Below the pieces are notes generated by a model. That model was not told the origin of the DNA. It saw nothing but the letters and a program-made list of their open reading frames with translations, and made no database searches. Of a stretch of 32,000 nucleotides of DNA, positions 29,393-32,000 are shown piece by piece. The position numbers were made by a program, and so were the translations under genes. Position 1 is the stretch's first letter. Each line of letters starts with the position of its first letter. This DNA comes from Candidatus Saccharimonadota bacterium (GTDB lineage: Bacteria; Bacteroidota; Bacteroidia; Flavobacteriales; Blattabacteriaceae), in contig NZ_CP059223.1 of the NCBI RefSeq assembly GCF_014252415.1, forward strand, positions 270,001 through 302,000. Reading direction: 5' to 3'.

Positions 29393-31249
29393 ATGAAAAA
29401 AAATAAGAAAATAAAAAGTATCATATTTGGATTTATTTTATTAGGAATTAGTACTTTTTTAATGATTAGTTTTTTTTCATTTATTTTTCAATTTACAAAA
29501 AATCATAAATTAAATATTCCATTTAAAAGAGAAATAACAACAAAAAATTTAGTAGGAAAAATAGGTTATATGATATCTTATTATTTAATATATTGTGGAA
29601 TCGGGATTAATGCTATATTCATTCCAATATTATCATTTATAATGGGAATACGATTATTATTAATAAAAAAAATAATAAATAACAATTTTTATAAAAGAAT
29701 AATATATAATTGTTTTTTTTTTATCGTGTGGATATCTGTATCTTATTATTTAATTTTTCCAAAAAAAATAGGAATATTTAATGGATCTTTAGGGTTAAAG
29801 ATAGGAAATATATTTATATATTTTTTTGGTAAAATTGGAAGTTTTATAATTATTTTTATTATTACAATAATTTATATATTAATAATTTATTCAAATATAA
29901 AAAAAAAATATAAAAATAATTTCAAAGAAAAACAAATTTATTATTATTTAACAAATAATTTTATTAAAATAATTAGAAAAATCGTTATTTTTTTTGTAAA
30001 AAAATCTGATAATGTAGATAATGGTAAAAAAATATATTATCCTATAATAGGATCTAATCATATTATCAATCTTAAACCAGATAATATGAAAAATATTATA
30101 GAATCTAATAAAAAAAAAATAAATGAAATATTTGATTATTATCAAATAAAAATTTTAAAAATAAACGCAACTGTAGGTCCATCAATTACTCTATATGAAA
30201 TAATTCCTCATATAGGTGTTCGTGTATCTAAAATAAAAAATTTAGAAAAAGAAATTGCACTAAATTTATCTGCTAAATCTATACGTATGATTATTCCTAT
30301 TCCTGGAAAAGGATCTATAGGAATAGAAATTCCTAATCATAAACGTTATTTTATTCACATGAATGAAATTCTTTTTTCAAAAGAAAGTAAAGAAAAAAGT
30401 TTTAATAAAGAATTGCCTATTTTATTAGGTAAAACAATTTTTAACGAAGTTTTTATAGTAGATTTAACAGAAATGCCTCATTTATTAATAGCTGGATCTA
30501 CTGGTCAAGGTAAATCCGTAGAATTAAACGTTATAATAATTTTCTTATTACATAGGAAAAATCCAGATGATATTAAATTTATTTTAATTGATCCAAAAAA
30601 AGTAGAATTATCTATATACAAAAAAATATCAAATTGTTATTTTGCAACAATACCAAATTGTGTAGAAAACGGAATCATTACAAATTTACAGGAAGTACAT
30701 AATATATTAAATTCTCTATGTAAAGAAATGGATAAAAGATATTCTATTCTAGAAAAATATCAAGTTAGAAATATTAAGGAATATAATGAAAAAAAATGTA
30801 AATATTCAAAAAAATTACACCTACCTTATATAATATTGATCATAGATGAATTCGCAGACTTGTGTCTATCTTCTAATTATAAAAAAAAATCAATTGAAAA
30901 ATATATAATTCGTTTAGCACAACTTGCCAGAGCAGTAGGTATTCATTTAATCATTGCAACACAACGTCCATCTGTAGATGTTATTAATGGATTAATAAAA
31001 TCTAATTTTTCTTCAAGAATTGCGTTTAAAGTAAGTTCTAAAATAGACTCAAGAACTATATTGGATTGTTCAGGAGCAGAAAAATTGATAGGAAATGGAG
31101 ATTTATTATTCTATAATAAAAATGAAACCATACGATTACAGTGTCCTTTTATAGATTTATCAGATATTAAAAAAATTGTTAACTATTATGGAAATAAATT
31201 CCGTAAAAAAAGTAAATATTTTTTACCATATCCGGAAAATATGGAATAA
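29393..31249 (+). CDS. ftsK: DNA translocase FtsK (N-terminal membrane domain plus alpha/beta motor; no gamma domain)
   Basis: 618-aa ORF. Hydrophobic N-terminal about 170 aa. Walker A GSTGQGKS, Walker B ILIIDEFADL, ATQRPSVDVI. The protein ends 18 residues after the end of the motor domain. Confidence 0.9.
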   Translation: MKKNKKIKSIIFGFILLGISTFLMISFFSFIFQFTKNHKLNIPFKREITTKNLVGKIGYMISYYLIYCGIGINAIFIPILSFIMGIRLLLIKKIINNNFYKRIIYNCFFFIVWISVSYYLIFPKKIGIFNGSLGLKIGNIFIYFFGKIGSFIIIFIITIIYILIIYSNIKKKYKNNFKEKQIYYYLTNNFIKIIRKIVIFFVKKSDNVDNGKKIYYPIIGSNHIINLKPDNMKNIIESNKKKINEIFDYYQIKILKINATVGPSITLYEIIPHIGVRVSKIKNLEKEIALNLSAKSIRMIIPIPGKGSIGIEIPNHKRYFIHMNEILFSKESKEKSFNKELPILLGKTIFNEVFIVDLTEMPHLLIAGSTGQGKSVELNVIIIFLLHRKNPDDIKFILIDPKKVELSIYKKISNCYFATIPNCVENGIITNLQEVHNILNSLCKEMDKRYSILEKYQVRNIKEYNEKKCKYSKKLHLPYIILIIDEFADLCLSSNYKKKSIEKYIIRLAQLARAVGIHLIIATQRPSVDVINGLIKSNFSSRIAFKVSSKIDSRTILDCSGAEKLIGNGDLLFYNKNETIRLQCPFIDLSDIKKIVNYYGNKFRKKSKYFLPYPENME

Positions 31250-32000
31250 TACCAAAATTTTAAAAAAATTAGATTTATATATAATTTATTCATTTATCAT
31301 TCCATTTTTTGGAATATTTTTTTTAACATTTATTATATTTATAGTCCAATTCTTTTGGAGTCAAATCAATGAATTATCTGATAAAGATATTAATATACTT
31401 ATAATAATAAAATTTATATTTTATTTTGGTGTATGTACTGTTCCATTAATTACCATAATTTCTATATTACTTACCTCTATTATAACATTTGGAGAATTAT
31501 CGGAAAATAGAGAATTAATCATAATTAAATCTTCAGGTATTTCATTATTTAGAACAATGTTACCAATATTTTTTATCACGATGATATTATCCATTGGATT
31601 ATACTTATTTTCTGATTTTATTATAACAAAAGCAGAAATAAAAATAAAAGAATTAGGATATAAAATTATATATACTTACCCCTCCTTAAAATTAAAAGAA
31701 AGGGTTTTTAATACAATTGGAGGAAATTTTTTTATTAATATAGAAAAAAAATTAAATAATAATTATTTTTATAAGGTTGTAATATTTTTTTATGATGATT
31801 ATTCAAATGTAAATACTATTCATTCTAATAAATGTAATATCATTTCGGATAATGAAAATAAATTCATCCAATTAAAATTAATTAATGGATTTCTTTATAA
31901 AGAAAGTAATTTCAATGATCAAGAACATATACCAAATTATTATATCATCCGTTTTAACACTTTAATAAAAAATTTTAAACTTCCTTCTTCTTCTTTTGAA
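31188..32000 (+). CDS. LptF/LptG-family (YjgP/YjgQ) permease, N-terminal part; 3' end lies beyond the window
   Basis: Not in the ORF track because it runs off the edge. Hand translation of the frame containing 31272 gives ...KILKKLDLYIIYSFIIPFFGIFFLTFIIFIVQFFWSQINELSDK...ELSENRELIIIKSSGISLFR, typical of YjgP/YjgQ permeases, and stays open to 32000. Start is uncertain: the only upstream in-frame ATG is 31188, which overlaps ftsK by 62 nt. Confidence 0.7.
   Translation, partial: MEINSVKKVNIFYHIRKIWNNTKILKKLDLYIIYSFIIPFFGIFFLTFIIFIVQFFWSQINELSDKDINILIIIKFIFYFGVCTVPLITIISILLTSIITFGELSENRELIIIKSSGISLFRTMLPIFFITMILSIGLYLFSDFIITKAEIKIKELGYKIIYTYPSLKLKERVFNTIGGNFFINIEKKLNNNYFYKVVIFFYDDYSNVNTIHSNKCNIISDNENKFIQLKLINGFLYKESNFNDQEHIPNYYIIRFNTLIKNFKLPSSSFE

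Noticed and set aside
6120-30145. Ten short ORFs from the track that lie antisense to, or out of frame (same strand) within, well-supported genes: 6120..6362, 10505..10720, 11395..11583, 16636..16959, 19967..20149, 22709..23008, 23242..23493, 26534..26800, 26989..27171, 29948..30145.
   Set aside because: Each lies entirely within a conserved gene (peroxiredoxin, metK, aroG, gltX, prmC, lon, metG, ftsK). Their translations are low-complexity and rich in Ile, Phe, Leu, Lys and Tyr, with no recognisable motif. Such shadow ORFs are expected in DNA of about 80% AT.
1-32000. Alternative genetic code (UGA recoded as Trp, as in some tiny symbiont genomes).
   Set aside because: All conserved proteins translate at full length with the standard code. 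TGA sits at the natural ends of rpsF (15915..15917) and the aminotransferase (12988..12990).

Overview
This window is a gene-dense, extremely AT-rich stretch (about 20% GC by eye) of ordinary housekeeping genes. It looks like the reduced genome of an insect endosymbiont of the Flavobacteriales (Bacteroidota), Blattabacterium-like; the organism call is inference from protein signatures and gene content. I can support 29 protein-coding genes (two run off the window edges), one tRNA-Ser(UGA) and one intragenic tandem repeat. Recognisable genes: aspC-like, rsmG, a CodA-like amidohydrolase, lysS, lipB, mtaB, a 2-Cys peroxiredoxin, dnaG, rpe, fabI, metK. Then a Phe/Tyr block (pheA, aminotransferase, tyrA, DAHP synthase/chorismate mutase), rpsF-rpsR-rplI, gltX, mnmE, prmC, ligA, lon, lysA, metG, a stand-alone 5'-3' exonuclease, nadD, ftsK and an LptF/G-family permease. 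Spacers are mostly under 60 bp; the largest are 148 bp (22166..22313) and 121 bp (29272..29392). Several genes overlap, and fifteen consecutive genes (4437..19229) lie on the minus strand. The standard code fits, since TGA ends rpsF and the aminotransferase. I found no CRISPR array, transposase, integrase, phage gene, toxin-antitoxin pair, defence-like cassette or orphan multi-gene cluster, so I do not claim a novel system. Observations worth a second look: (1) lipB, mtaB and prmC are each interrupted exactly at a 10-12 nt A/T homopolymer while keeping their catalytic motifs, against a background of many in-frame tracts of 10 nt or more. (2) A perfect 12 x 9 bp repeat adds (Glu-Ser-Lys)12 to the N-terminus of ribosomal protein S18. 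(3) The DnaG zinc-ribbon region has all four Zn ligands substituted. (4) FtsK lacks the gamma domain. (5) Pol I is reduced to its 5' nuclease domain. (6) A short CodA-like amidohydrolase of unknown substrate is retained.
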